This document shows, piece after piece, positions 50,115 to 64,000 of a stretch of 64,000 bases of DNA. This DNA is from the human T2T-CHM13v2.0 reference genome, Homo sapiens. The notes beneath the pieces are model-generated. The model made no database searches, was not told the origin of the DNA, and worked only from the letters and a program-made list of their open reading frames with translations. The translations under genes were made by a program, and so were the position numbers. The DNA is taken from assembly GCF_009914755.1 (NCBI RefSeq), contig NC_060938.1; one strand, written 5' to 3'. The stretch's first letter is position 1. Each line of letters begins with the position of its first letter.

Positions 50115-51309
50115 CTTAGCTTATGTACAAATTATAATAATTATAATAACTTGTACCTAAGCTAAGCCTGCCTCAAATCATTCTTGAAATATGATTGTCC
50201 ACTTTGCAATTCAAAAGATACCAAGTTTCTTAGATTAATACATTTTTGAAATGCCTAAATAAGGAAGGGTTTTCAAACAGAAGGCTTCCCATTTAGGTTT
50301 CTTCTGCTTCTTGTCCTATAGTATTTAAACACCACCATCCAGGACATCCAAGAAATGGTGGTTCCTTCTTAAGACAAAGGACCATTCATCTTTATCTTTC
50401 TATAGTATTGCACACCTCTGGCATATAATAAGCATTCAAAAACCATTTGATCAACCAATCAATCTATCTTTTATCCTCCAATGTCAAGCTAAGTCAGTTT
50501 CTAACACGTAGAAAACACTAAATCAATGTGTTTGTTGAGTTAGCATGCTATGAATACATCATTCATCTAAATCCCTGAGTTTTGGAGGCAGGAAAATCAG
50601 AAGGACGCTGACATTGGAGGCAGGCAAGTCTGGAGTCAAGGGAGCCCCAGCCCCACTCTTCAGTATCTATTTGGACTTAAACAAGTCCAGTAACCTTTCT
50701 GCATTTCAGACACTTCATGTGTTACAAAAGGATTATAGCTTTCAAGGTGCCGCGAGGGGTTGAAAGACAATGTGTGGAGCTCCCAACAAAGTGTGTGGCC
50801 CAGGGTAAGCCCGAGAATCATAAAAATCGATGTGATGATGGTATTATTATTAAGTGCCTTGTACATGTTTATGCCTTGGGTGCCCACGAATACAATTAGT
50901 AATGACTATTTTCATCATTGTGGGTACCAAGAGGCTTTCTGAGTTTTTTTTCCAAGCAGAACAGAACCAAGAACTAATTATTATACTCCAAACCCTTATT
51001 CTTAGTCTCAAGACTAAGCAGCACATGCCATGAGAGTTAGAGTCCTCCCTCTAGCTAGGAGCCTCTGCTAGGAAGCAAGCCAGTGAGCTATCCATAAAAG
51101 CACAACCTCTGCTAGAGAACAGTAAGCTGCAGACAGGTTTTATACGCGGCTATTCTTCTCAGACCAGAAGAGACATTCTGTTGGCACTTTCATCTGACAG
51201 TATAAAGTTACAATACAAATATAAGGGTAGTTGTTATTGGATAACACTTCAACAGCATTTTCTTTTTAAATCTCTGTATAGAGAGGATTTCTATTAACAT
51301 ATAACAGGC

Positions 51310-52175
51310 CAAAAACCTGAGCATCATCCTGAGCATCATTCTTTCTCTCACGCCCTGCCTCCAATCCCTCAGAAAATGTGATTGTCCTACTTTCAAGATC
51401 TACCCAAATCTGGCTTTTCTCACCACCTCCAATGCTACAACCTGGTTGGAGTCACCATCATCTTTCACTGGGAGGTTGCACAAGCCTCTCACAGACTCCA
51501 CTGTTTCTACCCCTGACCCCTGCAGTCTACTCTGAGCACAGCAGTCAGAAGCATTCTTTGAGACTTCCTTTTAGACACACTTCTGCCCAGCACCCTGCAA
51601 TCACTTCCCACTTCTGAGCTGGTGGGCTCTGAGGCCATCCATGGTCTGGACCCAATACCAGTCCAGCCTCCCCTCTGAAAGCTCCACCCTCCCTCACTGC
51701 TGCAGCCATGCCAGACTACATGCTCATCCATGGATGCAAGTGGCAAGCACCTGTCTCGTGATCCTTGCTCTATCTGCTCTCCATTTGGAAGTCTCTTCTC
51801 TCAGATAGCCATGATCTATTTCTTTATCTTTTTCAAATTTTGTCTCAAGCTTCATCTTTTCAGGGGGTCTACCCACTGCTCTGATCACCCTGCTTAACCC
51901 TGAAACCTCCCCCACCCAGACACACACAGCACAGCGTTCTGCACTCTCATCACTCTGTCCTACTGTTCTCCATAACTCTGTTCACTTTTACCACTCTGTA
52001 CTGCCCACTTTATTGTGTTTATTGTTGACTACCTGCCCCTCCCTGTGAAAAACAAGCAGCTTGAGGATGGAGATCTTTGTCTCTTTTGCTCACTGATTTG
52101 CTGAAGCACAGAAAACTTACGAGCAGTGCTTGGCTCATAGCAGGTACTCAGGAAATACTGAATCAGTGAATATAA
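51310..52175 (+). mobile_element. L2 3' region
   Basis: Ends CAGTGCTTGGCTCATAGCAGGTACTCAGGAAATACTGAATCAGTGAAT, a typical L2 terminus. Confidence 0.75.
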
Positions 52176-52790
52176 ACTAAGAAGACAATGATGGCTTACC
52201 ATGAGTGGAAAGATGCCCATCATGTGGGAAGCAAGGAAATCTTTACGTGTGCAAAATCAGGGCTTTGTCACCTGTTTAGAGCAACCATTTCTTCCTCTGC
52301 TTAGAGACATTAACAGGATATGAGCAGGTGTTTAGTAGAGAATATAATCAGTTTAGTTTTTCAGAGCAGATGATACAAAAATATTCTCCTCATACAGATT
52401 ATGAGATATTGAGCCTAACAGTTTTGAAATTTAGGAAAAGTTAATATGAATGAGAGAAAAATAACCAAAAAGAAATAGCAATTATTCCTTACTAATGTTA
52501 TTTTTCTGCCTGCAAAGTAAACATGGTAAAAGAAATTTTTCACTTTAAGTTATGAAAGTTGACACTATTATCTATAATTTTTACATGTGCCTCTATTATA
52601 TGTCCTCTAGTCTTTCACTAAACTAGTCCCACTGTAATCTGCTATTATTTGTACTTATTTTACCTATAATTTGGAAATAACGTGATTAGCATATTTTTCC
52701 TTAAATTTTATTCCTGGTCTCAAAGACTTTTTCGACATAGTCATTAACTCTAAGACTAAACAAAAGAGAATAGCTAAAGAAAAGGTTATA

Positions 52791-53008
52791 CTAGGCTGGA
52801 AAGCTACAGGTTGAAGGCCAGGTTGGCCCACATTTTTTTTTTTTTTTTATAAATAAAGATGATTGAAACAGCCATGCCCGTTCACCTGCCTCTTGTCCAT
52901 GGCTGCTTTCTAACTGGGAGAGTTGAGTATTTGTGACAGAGACCATATGGCCACAGAGCCAAAAATATTTACTCTCTGTCCCTTTACAGAAAGGTTTGCT
53001 GACCTTGT
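52791..53008. mobile_element. MER58A (hAT-Charlie)
   Basis: Contains GTGACAGAGACCATATGGCC..AAAATATTTACTCTCTGTCCCTTTACAGAAAGGTTTGCTGACC. Confidence 0.85.
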
Positions 53009-53660
53009 ATGAGGCAGTCGATCTTCCTTCCTACTGGCTTTTCACATGTTGCTGTGTGTCTATGTGAGGTCATTTATTGAGCACCAAATATGCCAAACAT
53101 GCATCATGGCTATGAGTCTAGCACAAGAAGGTGACGCTCGTAAACATGTCATGATAGTTGCCGAAGGTGCTGTGGACAAACATCACTCCCTTCCCTCCAC
53201 GTTAGAGACAAGATGGGAAAGAGAAATGGGAGAAATTGTTCATATCCACAAAGTAGAAGTCCTTCACTAAAGAGCACTGGCTCAGCCCTTGAATGCTGAG
53301 AAACTAAAAACAGAGAAAGGTTAAGGACACAGGAAACAGGGATGAGGAACAGCTCCTTACATTTTCTAATAACTCAGGGTATTGCCAGTGGCCAGAGCCA
53401 ACCCAAATCATCACATCCAAACATGGGACGAGGCAAAATCTGAAACTGTTAAGAGATATGCAGCGTCAGTTTGATTCCCGCTGCGGACGAGGGGCAGCCC
53501 GCACATGCTGAGGATGGACCCCGACCCTCCTGCTGCTAGCAGGCTGAGGGCAATGCCATCTCTATGCTACCCTGTGTCAGGTCACCACAGTGTCCCCAGA
53601 ATCTGAATGCTGAGTGCAACCAAGGTTTTAGTTCAGCAACGTGAAACACCAGCTGCTCCT

Positions 53661-54168
53661 CCACACCCCGGCACTCCCACGCTGCACCCCACACCCCGGC
53701 ACTCACATGCTGCACCCCACACCCCGGCACTCCCACGCTGCACCCCACACCCCGGCACTCCCACGCTGCACCCCACACCCCGGCACTCCCACGCTGCACC
53801 CCACACCCCGGCACTCACACGCTGCACCCCACACCCCGGCACTCCCACGCTGCACCCCACACCCCGGCACTCACACGCTGCACCCCACACCCCGGCACTC
53901 CCACGCTGCACCCCACACCCCGGCACTCCCACGCTGCACCCCACACCCCGGCACTCCCACGCTGCACCCCACACCCCGGCACTCACGCACTGCACTCCAC
54001 ACCCCGGCACTCACACGCTGCATCCCACACCCCGGCACTCCCACGCTGCACTCCACACCCCGGCACTCCCACGCTGCACCCCACACCCCGGCACTCCCAC
54101 GCTGCACCCCACACCCCGGCACTCACACGCTGCACTCCACACCCCGGCACTCCCATGCTGCATCCCAC
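53661..54168. repeat. 28-bp GC-rich minisatellite, 18 units
   Basis: Unit CCACACCCCGGCACTCMCACGCTGCACC. Confidence 0.97.
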
Positions 54169-54439
54169 CCGAGGAAAGCACAAGGAAATCATGTGAGCAC
54201 CACAGGGGCCAATGTGTGCTGCATCGTCTCCAGCGTTCCAGTCAACAGACACTGAGCAGTAGACAGCAAAGAATTCCTCAAGCTGGGTTCAACAGGAATC
54301 CCTTCCTTGAGAATACGTACCAGACCACAGGATTATTTTAGAAAGCATTAATCCTAGGAACATGTACTTGGGGTGATTCCTAACATACTAGGAGTTATAA
54401 ATAGAGCACAGACATATTTGGTCTATAAATAAAATTCTT

Positions 54440-54608
54440 TTAACTGATGTTTTATTGTGGTAAGATATACATAACTAAAATGTGCCATTTCAATGATTTT
54501 CAAATGTACAACTCAGTGGCATTAAATTCATTCCCATTGTTGTGCAGACATCACCAATATCCACTCCAGCACTTTCCATCATCCCACACTGAAACTCCGT
54601 ACCTTTCA
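54440..54608 (-). mobile_element. L1M 3' end fragment, left part; split by the L1PB insertion
   Basis: TTTTATTGTGGTAAGATATACATAAC..CAGTGGCATTAAATTCATTC; continues at 61165. Confidence 0.8.
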
Positions 54609-55557
54609 GGTAGGAGAGAAAAAACACCAGAGAGGAGACAGGACTAACATGCAGCTCCCATTTAGACAAACAGATCAGCGTCTGGAGATTCACATTGTGA
54701 ACTTCTGTTCCAAGGACATACTAGGGAGACTGAAAGAATTCACAGACCCTTTGAAAGTTTTTCTCTACCTGCCCTGGTAGCCGAAGACAAAAGACATAAA
54801 CTCTTGGGAGCTCTATGTCCCTGCCCATCACCTGAGAAACCCGAGTACTTATCCTGGCCAACATAGGGCAAGGTGGTAGCCCCCTTCTACAACTGTAGCT
54901 TGTGCTCTCTTGAGAGTGCCACCTCCTGGCTGGGGCCAACCAACTCAAGCCATTACAGCAACTCATAAGAGAACAACCCTGCTTCATAGAAGGAGAAAAC
55001 AACAGCTAATTCCACTGCCTGCAACATCCTGGCTAACCAGAGGTCCTGAGTCTGTCCCTGTGAAAATTTCACTGCTAGCATAACCAGCATTTGAGAAAAC
55101 CATCACATTACAACAACCAAAAAATCCCAGAGTTCACTTCACTCCCCTGCCACCTCCACCAGAGCAGGGGCTGTTATCCAGAATTGGGAGACCTGAAGAC
55201 AAATCACAGCACAGGACTTTTTGCAGACATTCTGCAGCACCAGCCTGGAGCCCAGTAGCCCCACTGGGTGTCTAGACCCAGAAGGGCATTAGCAATCACT
55301 GCAATCTGGCTCTCAAGAAGTCCTATCCCTAGAGGAAGGGGGAGGGCACACATCAAGAGAGCACCACCATGTGGGACAAGAGAATCTGAATAGCAGCCCT
55401 TGAGGTCCAGATCTTTCCACTGAAACAGTCTACCCAAATGAAAAGAAACCAAAAAAGTAATTCTGGTAATATGACAAAACAAGTTGTATAGTACCCCCAA
55501 AAGATCACACTAGCTCTCTAGCTGTGGATCCAAACCAAGAAGAAATCTCTGAATTGC

Positions 55558-55592
<35 letters not shown>

Positions 55593-56613
55593 GAAGGTTG
55601 GTTATTAAGCTATTCAAGGAGGCACCAGAATAAGGTGAAAACCAACTTTAAGAAATTTTGAAAACAATACAGTATATGGATGAAAAAGTCTCCAGAGAAA
55701 CATGTATCATAAAGCAAAGACAATCACAATTTCTGGAAATGAAAGACACACTTAGAAAAATACAAAATAAACTGAAAAGTTTCAACAATAGAATAAAACA
55801 AGTAGAATAAAGAACTTCAGAGCTCAATGACAAGGCTTTCAAATTAACTGAAAAAAAAAGACAAAGAAAAAAGAATTTTAAAAAATTAACAGACTCCAAG
55901 AAATTTGGGGTTTTGTTAAATAACCAAGCATAAGAATAATTGGCATTCCTGAGGAAGAAAAGAAATCTAAATGTTTGGAAAACTTATTTGAGGGAATACT
56001 CAGGGAAAACTTCCCTGGCCTTGCTAGAGATCTAGACATCCAAATACAAGAAGCTCAAAGAACACCTGGAAAATTCATCACAAAAAGATCATCACCTATG
56101 CACATAGCCATCAGGTTATCTAAAGTTAAGATGAAAGAAATAATCTTAAGAGCTGTGAGGCAAAAGCAGCAGGTAACCTATAAAGAAAAAGCTATCAGAT
56201 TGACAACAGATTTCTCAGCAGAAACCCTACAGGACAGAAGGGATGGGGTCCTATATTTAGCCCCCTTAAACAAAACAATAACAGTCAAGAATTTTATATC
56301 TAGTGAAACTAAGCTTCATAAATGAAGGAGAGAAAAAGTATTTTTCAAACAAACAAATGTTGAGAGAATTTGTTACTACCAAGCCAGCACTGCAAAAAAT
56401 GCTAAAAGGAGTCTTAAATCTTGAAATGAAACCTAAAATACACCAAAATAGAACCTCTTTAAAGCATAAATCTCACAGGATCTATAAAACAATAACACAA
56501 TTTAAAAAACAACGTATTGAGACTACAACTAGCATGATGAATAGAACAGTACCTCACATCTCAATATTAATGTTGAACGTAAATGGATTAAATGCTTCAC
56601 TTAAGAGATACAG

Positions 56614-56961
<348 letters not shown>

Positions 56962-57451
56962 TTAAGAGATGCACCTAACACATAAGGCTTCACCTAAACC
57001 TAAGGTAACCAAGTGGAAAAAGATATTCCACACAAATGGATACCAAAAGTGAGTAGAAGTATCCATTCTTGTATCAGACAGAAAATACTTTAAATCAGCA
57101 ACAGTTAAATAGTGATCAAAAAACTCGTCCAACAGGAAAAAAATCACAATCCTAAATATATATGCACCTAACACTGGAGCTCCAAAATTTATAGAACAAT
57201 TATCATGAGACCTAAGAAATTAGATAGACAGCAACACTATAATAGTGGGCACTTCAATACTCCACTGACCACTAGAAAGGTCATAAATACAGGTCAACAA
57301 AGAAACAGTGGAAAACTACACCCTAGAACAAATGGACTTAACAGATGTTTACAGAACATTCTATCCGACAACTGCTGAATATATGTTCTTCTCCTCAGCA
57401 CATGGAACATTCTCCAAAATAGACTATATAATAGGCCACAAAATGTGTCTC

Positions 57452-57760
57452 GGCCGGGTGTGGTGGCTCACACCTGTAATCCCAGCACTTTGGGAGACCA
57501 AGGCAGACAGATCACCTGAGGTCAAGAGTTTGAGACCAGCCTGGCTAACATGGCAAAACCGTGTCTCTACTAAAAATACAAAAACAATTAGTTGGGCATA
57601 GTGACATGCACCTGTAGTCCCAGCTACTAGGGAAGGTGAGGCAGAAGAATCACTTGAACCTGGGAGGAGGAAGTTTCAGTGAGCTGAGATCATGCCACTG
57701 CACTCCAGCCTGGGCAACAAGAGTGAGACTCCATCTAAAAAAAAAAAAAAAAAAAAAAAA
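57452..57760 (+). mobile_element. AluS SINE inside L1 ORF2
   Basis: Full Alu with poly(A); imperfect TSD AAATGTGTCTC / AAACATGTCTC. Confidence 0.95.
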
Positions 57761-60700
57761 CATGTCTCAATTAATTTAAGAAAATTGAAATTATGTAAAA
57801 TACTCTCTCTCAGACCACAGTGGAATAAAATTACAAATTAACTGTCAAAGGAACCATCAAAACTATACAAATACATGGAAACTGAATAATCTGTTACTGA
57901 ATGATCCTGGGGTTAAATAAAATAAAAATGGAAATTAAAAAATATATTTGAACTGAACAATAATAGTGACACAGCCAATCAAAATCTCTGGGACACAGCA
58001 AAAGTGGTGCTAAGAGGAAAGTTCATAGCATTGAATGCCTACATCAAAAAGTCTGAAAGAGCACAAATAAACAACCCAAGGTCACACCTCAAGGAACTAG
58101 AGAAGCCAGAACAAACCAAACCCAAACCCAGCAGAAAAAAAGAAATAACCAGGATCACAGTAGAACTAAATAAAATTGAAACAAGCAAACAAAAACAATA
58201 CAAAAGATAAATGAAGCAAAAAGCTAGTTCTTTTTGCATAAACAAAAGTGAGAGACTATTAGCAAGATTAGCCAAGAGAAAAAGAGAGGAGATCCAAGTA
58301 AACTCAATTAGAAATGAAATGGGAGATGTTACAACTAATACCACAGAAATACAAAAGATCATTCAAGGCTACTATGAACACCTTTATGTCCACAAACTAG
58401 AAAACCTAAAAGATTTGGATAAATTATTGGAAATACATAATCCTCCTAGATTAAACCAGAAAAAAATAGAAACTCTGAACAGACCAATAACAAGTAGCAA
58501 GGTTAAAACAGCAATAAAAAAAACTGCCAGCAACAACAAGTCCAGGAGCAGCTGGATTCTATCAGACATTCAAAGAAGAATTGGTACCAATCCTACTGAA
58601 ACTATTCCAAAAGATAGAGAAAGAGGGAATCCTCTCTAAATCATTCTATGAAGCCAGCATTACCCTAATACCAAAACCAGGAAAAGATATAACAAAAAAA
58701 AAGAAAACTACAAACCAATATCCCCGATGAACATAGATGTGAAAATCCTCCACAAAATACTATCTAACTCAATTCAACAGCATATCAAGAAGATAATCCA
58801 CCATGATCAAGTGTGTTTTATAACAGGGATACAGGGATGGTTTAACATATGCAAGTCAACAAATGTGATACAGCACATAAACAGAAGTAAAATCAAAAAT
58901 CATATGATCACCTCAATAGATGCAGAAAAAGCATTTGATGAAATCCAGCATCTCTTTATGATTAAAACCCTCAGCAAAACAGCATAGAGGGACATACCTT
59001 AAGGTAATAAAAGTCATTTATGACAAATCCACAGCCAACATCATACTGAATGGGAAAAGATCAAAGAATTTTCTCTGATCAGTGGAACAAAACAAGGATG
59101 CCCACTTTCACCACTTGTATTCAACATAGTACTGAAAGTCTTAGCTGGAGCAATTAGACAAGAGAAGTAAACAAAAGGCATCCAAATCAGTAATGAGGAA
59201 GTCAAACTGTTGCTAATGCCACTGACATGATGGTATACTTAGAAAACCCTAAAGACTCATCCCAAAAGCTCATAGATCTAATAAATGAATTCAGTAAAGT
59301 TTCAGGTACAAAATTAATGTACACAAATCAGTAGCACTGCTATACACCAACAATGACCAAGCTTAGAATCAAATAAAGAACTCAATGTCTTTTACAACAG
59401 CTACAAAAAAGTAAAATACTTAAGAATATACCCAACAAAAATGTGAAAAATCTCTGCAAGGAAAACTACAAAACACTGCTGAAAGAAATCACAGACAACA
59501 CAAACAAATGGAAACACATCCTATGCTCGTGGTTGGGTAGAATCAATATTGTGAAAAGGATAATTCTTCTGAAAGCAATTTATAAATTCAATGCAATTCC
59601 CATCAAAATACCATCATCATTTTTCACAGAACTAGAAAAAACAATCCTAAAATTCATATGGAACCAAAAAAGAGCCCATATAGCCAAAGCAAGATTAAAT
59701 AAGCAAAAAGAACGAATCTGGAGGCATCACGTTATCTCACTTCAAGCTATACTACAAGGCTATAGCTACCAAAACAGCATAGAACTGATGAAAAAATAAG
59801 CACATAGACCAATAAAACAGAATAGAGAACCCAGAAATAAAGCCAAATACTTATGATCAACTGATCTTCCACAAAGCAAACAAAACATAAAATGGAGAAA
59901 GGATCCCCTATTAACACATGCTGCTGGGATAATTGGCAAGCCACATGTACAGAAATGAAACTAAATCCTCATCTCTCACCTTATACAAAATCAACTCAAA
60001 ATGGATCAAAGACTTAAATCTAAGACCTGAAACCATAAAAATTCTAGACGATAACACTGGAAAAACTCTTCTAGACATTGGCCTAGGCAAAAAGTTAATG
60101 ATCAAGAACTCAAAAGCAAATGCAACAAAAACAAAGATAAACCAATGAAACTTAATTAAAGTAAAAACCTTCTGCAAATCAAAAGAAATAATCATCATAG
60201 TAAACAGACAATGCACAGAGTGGGAGAAAAGATTCGCAAACTACAAACTATGTATCCAATAGAGGACTAATATTCATAATCTACAAGAAACTCAAACAAA
60301 TCAACAAGATAAAAACAAACACATCAAAAAGTGAGCTAAGGCCATGAACAGACAATTTTCAAAAGAAGATATACTAATGGCCATCAAACATATAAAGAAA
60401 TGCACAACATCACTAATTATCATGGAAATGCAAATCAAAACCACAATGCAATACCACCTTTCTCCTGCAAAAATGGCCATAATTTTAAAAATCAAAAAAT
60501 TATAGACATTGGTATGGATGTTGTGAAAAGGTAACACTTTTACACTGCTTGTAGAAACATAAGCTAGTATAACCACTATGAAAAACAGTATGGAAATTCC
60601 TTAAAGAACTAAAAGTGGAACTTCCGTTTGATCCAGCAATCCCACTTGTGAGTATCTACCCAGAGGAAAAGAAGTCATTATATGAAAAAGACACTGGCAC

Positions 60701-61164
60701 ACACATTTATAGCAGCACAATTTAACAGTTGCAAAAATAAGGAGCCAGCCCAAATGCCCATCAATCAATAGTGGATAAAGAAAATGTGGTGTATATATAT
60801 ACCATGGAACATTACTCAGCCATAAAAATGAATGAAATAATGGTATTTGCAGCAACCTTGATGGAGTTGGAGATCACTATTCTAACTGATGTAACTCAGG
60901 AATGGAAAACCAAACATCGTATGTTCTGACTTATAAGTGGAAGCTATGCTATGGGGACGCAAAGGCATAAGAATGACATAATGGACTCTGGGACTTGAGG
61001 AGAAGTGGGTGATAAGGGACAAAAGGCTGTACATTGGGTACAGTGTACACTGCTTGGGTGATGGGTGCACCAAAATCTCATAATCACCACTCAAGAACTT
61101 ATCCATGTAACCAAACACCACCTGCTTTCTCAAAACTATTGAAATAATAATAATTAAAAAAAAA

Positions 61165-61780
61165 AAACCTCTGTACCTTTCAAACAATAACTCTCCATTC
61201 TGCCTTCCCCCAGCCCCTGGCAACCATCATTCTTCTTTCTGTCCCCATGAGTCTTACTAAGTATATTGTATGAGGGGAATCACAGAATATTTGTCATTTT
61301 GTGACTGACTTATTTCACTTAGCATAAAATCTTCAAGGTTTATCCATGTTGTAGTATGTCTCAGAATTTCATTGCCTCTTAATGCTGATTAATATTTCAT
61401 TGTATGTATGTAGCACATTTTGCTTATCTATTCTTCCACTGATGGATCTTTGGGTTGCTTCCATGTTTTAGCTGATGCAAGTAATGCTGCTATGGACATG
61501 CGTATACACACATTTGTTTAGGTCCCTACTTTCAATTCTTTTGGATATATCCCCAGAAGTGAAAACGCTGAATGACAAGATATATCTATTTTCAATTTCT
61601 TGAAGAACCTCCAAACTGTTTTCCATTGTTACTGTACCATTTTACATTCCCACCAGCAGTGTCAAGTGTTCAAATATCTGTTTTTGTTTTTGTTTTCTAG
61701 TAGTAGCCAAACTAACGGCTGGGAAGTGGTACATTGTTGCGGTTTCGATATGCATCCCTATTAATTAGTGATATTGGGCA
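61165..61780 (-). mobile_element. L1M fragment, right part of the element split by L1PB
   Basis: Contains CCCAGCCCCTGGCAACCATCATTCT..TTTTACATTCCCACCAGCAGTG. Confidence 0.85.
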
Positions 61781-61959
61781 CAGGCACATTTTTAAAAACA
61801 TACAATCAATAAAATTGCTAGGTCATGGGGATTGAAAGTGGTCAGTTTTTCTGGGTAATATTTATTGTTCTCCAAAGTGATTTGCATTTACAAGAATTGT
61901 TAACACATAACAAGCATCCTAGATTTGTTTTAAGAAAGAAGGGACTTCACAATTTTTCA

Positions 61960-63500
61960 CTTTTACTTAACTTTGAAATACTAAGATTTATAGAAAAGTT
62001 GTAAGGATAGTATAAAGGGTTCCAGTGAGCCTTCCACCCAGTCTCCCCTAATTTTAGCGTGTTATATAACCATGACACATTTATCAAAACTAAGAAATCA
62101 ACATTGCTACACTATTGACTAAACTATGGACTTTATTTGGCTTTTTGACAGTTTTTCCAATAATGCCCTTTTCCTATTCAAGGATCCAATCCAGAATACC
62201 ACGTTGCATTCATCTGTTATGTCTTCTTAGTCTCTGCCAATCCGTGACAGCGTCACTGTCTTCCCTTGTTACTCATGAACTTGACACTTTTGAAGAGTAT
62301 TAGTCAGGTATTTTGTAGAATGCTCCTCAATTGCGGATTTTTTCTCTAGATTGCACTGGCATTCTGGATTTGGGGGTAAGGTAACACAGTGGTGATGTCC
62401 TTCTCATTGCATCATTTCCAGGGATGCTTGACATCAACACTACTTATCACTGGTGATGCTCACCTCCATCACTTGGATAAGGCTAAATCTTTCAGATTTT
62501 TTCACTGTAGGGTCACTATTTTTACTTTTCCAAAACTCTATTTATTACAAGCAAGGCACTAAATCCAGCTTACTTTCATAAGGAGGGAAATTAAACTCCA
62601 CCTGCTGGAGGAAAAACTATGAAAGAATTTGTGGATATATGTTAAATTCAGTGCAGTAATTAATAAATCTTTGGCCACAGATATTTGAGGTTATTCAAAT
62701 ATCCTGTTTCTTCCTTATGTTTCAGACACTAATTTCAGCAGTCATCCATGAATCTTTCCTATGGCGACTATTACTGTGGTATTCTAGTGGTGTATTAGTC
62801 CATTCTTACACTGCTAACAAAGACATATGGGAGACTGGGTAATTTATAAAGAAAAAGATGTTTAATGGACTCACAGTTCCACAGGACTGGGGAGGCCTCA
62901 CAATCATGGTGGAAGGCAAAGATAGAGCAAAGGCACATCTTGTATGGTGGTAAGCAAGAGAGCATGTGGAGGGGAACTGCCCTTTATAAACCATCAGATC
63001 TCATGAGATTTATTCACTATCACCAGAACAGCATGGGAAAAAATCAGAGCCATGATTCAATTACCTCCCACTGGGTACCTCCCAGGCCAGGTGGGGATTA
63101 TGGGAGCTACAATTCAAGACAAGATTTGAGTGGGGACACAGCCAAACCACATCAAGTGGTGTCTTCCATTTCCCTCCTTTCTTTTATGTTTACTATTTGG
63201 AAATCTTCCACAAGGAAGATTTTTTTCACTTCTTCAGTTATTATGTATTTAACCATTTATTTTTATCAGTATAAACTCACAGATATTTACTTTTTTCTTT
63301 GGGTTATAACTCAGTAGTATTTTTATTAATTTTGTTGTTCAAAGTTTTCCAGCTTTGGCCACTGGGAGCTCTTTCAGGTTGGCTGCATGTTGCTTTGTCA
63401 GGCCTGTTCCCTGACCCCTTACTTTCTGGCAACACAAGGTCCTCCAGGTTCATCATGCATTTTCCCTTCCCTAGCCCTTGAGTCAGCCAGTTCTCCAGGG
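61960..63500 (-). mobile_element. L1MC-type 3' region, interrupted by THE1
   Basis: Contains TTTATCAAAACTAAGAAATCAACATTG..CAAGGATCCAATCCAGAATACCACGTTGCATT..CCAGCTTTGGCCACTGGGAGCTCTTTCAGGTTGGCT. Confidence 0.8.
62791..63154 (-). mobile_element. THE1 (MaLR) solo LTR
   Basis: TGTATTAGTCCATT ... ACAGCCAAACCACATCA; 5-bp TSD AGTGG. Confidence 0.95.
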
Positions 63501-63573
63501 AGTCCTAGTTCAAAACGGACAACTTTTCAAATCAACTTCCATGTGTTGCTATGTATAATTTTCAGATTCTTTC

Positions 63574-63883
63574 TTTTCTTTTTTTTTTTTTGAGATGGAG
63601 TCTCGCTCTTTCACCCAGGCCAGAGTGCAGTGGCACGATCTCTGCTTACTGCAAGCTCTGCCCCCTAGGTTCATGCCTTTCTCCTGCCTCAGCCTCCTGA
63701 GTAGCTGGGACTACAGACACCCGCCACAACGCCCGGCTAATTTTTTTTTTTTTTTTTGTATTTTTAGTAGAGATGGAGTTTCACTGTGTTAGCCAGGATG
63801 GTCTCCATCTCCTGACCTTGTGATCCACCCGTCTTGGCCTCCCAAAGTGCTGGGATTACAGGCATGAGCCACCGCGCCCGGCC
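63574..63883 (-). mobile_element. AluY-like SINE
   Basis: Diagnostic GCAAGCTC and GTTAGCCAGGATGGTCTC; TSD AATTTTCAGATT(C/A)TTTC. Confidence 0.93.
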
Positions 63884-64000
63884 AATTTTCAGATTATTTC
63901 TATGCTATAATTAATGCTATAATTAACTATAGATTTTCCATAATTAAGTCATATGTATTATAGCACTCAGACTAACAGGCTGCAGTAAGAAGGAACATGA

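Noticed and set aside
53536-54341. Long His/Pro/Thr-rich ORFs (up to 244 aa)
   Set aside because: Products of the 28-bp VNTR, open in several frames on both strands, with no gene structure.

Overview
This is primate (most likely human) non-coding genomic DNA, either a gene desert or a large intron. No protein-coding exon structure can be supported, and every sizeable ORF falls in a repeat. Much of the window is interspersed repeat: L2, MIR, old L1M fragments, a near-full-length L1PB, 8 Alus, THE1/MLT/LTR2/LTR12 LTRs, hAT elements and a Tigger transposase relic. It also holds a retroposed U1 snRNA pseudogene, four minisatellites (51, 61, 35 and 28 bp units) and several isolated 30-70 bp tandem duplications. 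The most notable structures are: (i) two LTR12 solo LTRs with convergent promoters, lying between two copies of a 125-bp direct repeat; (ii) a 28-bp VNTR whose unit carries WT1-type and KLF-type sites; (iii) a ~125-bp palindrome split by a THE1 insertion; (iv) a frame-preserving 51/69-bp VNTR; (v) several repeat-free, homeobox-motif-rich blocks that look like developmental enhancers. I could not identify the locus from sequence alone. Repeat subfamily names come from recalled consensus sequences, not from a RepeatMasker run. I see no firm evidence of a new biological system; the findings are hypotheses.
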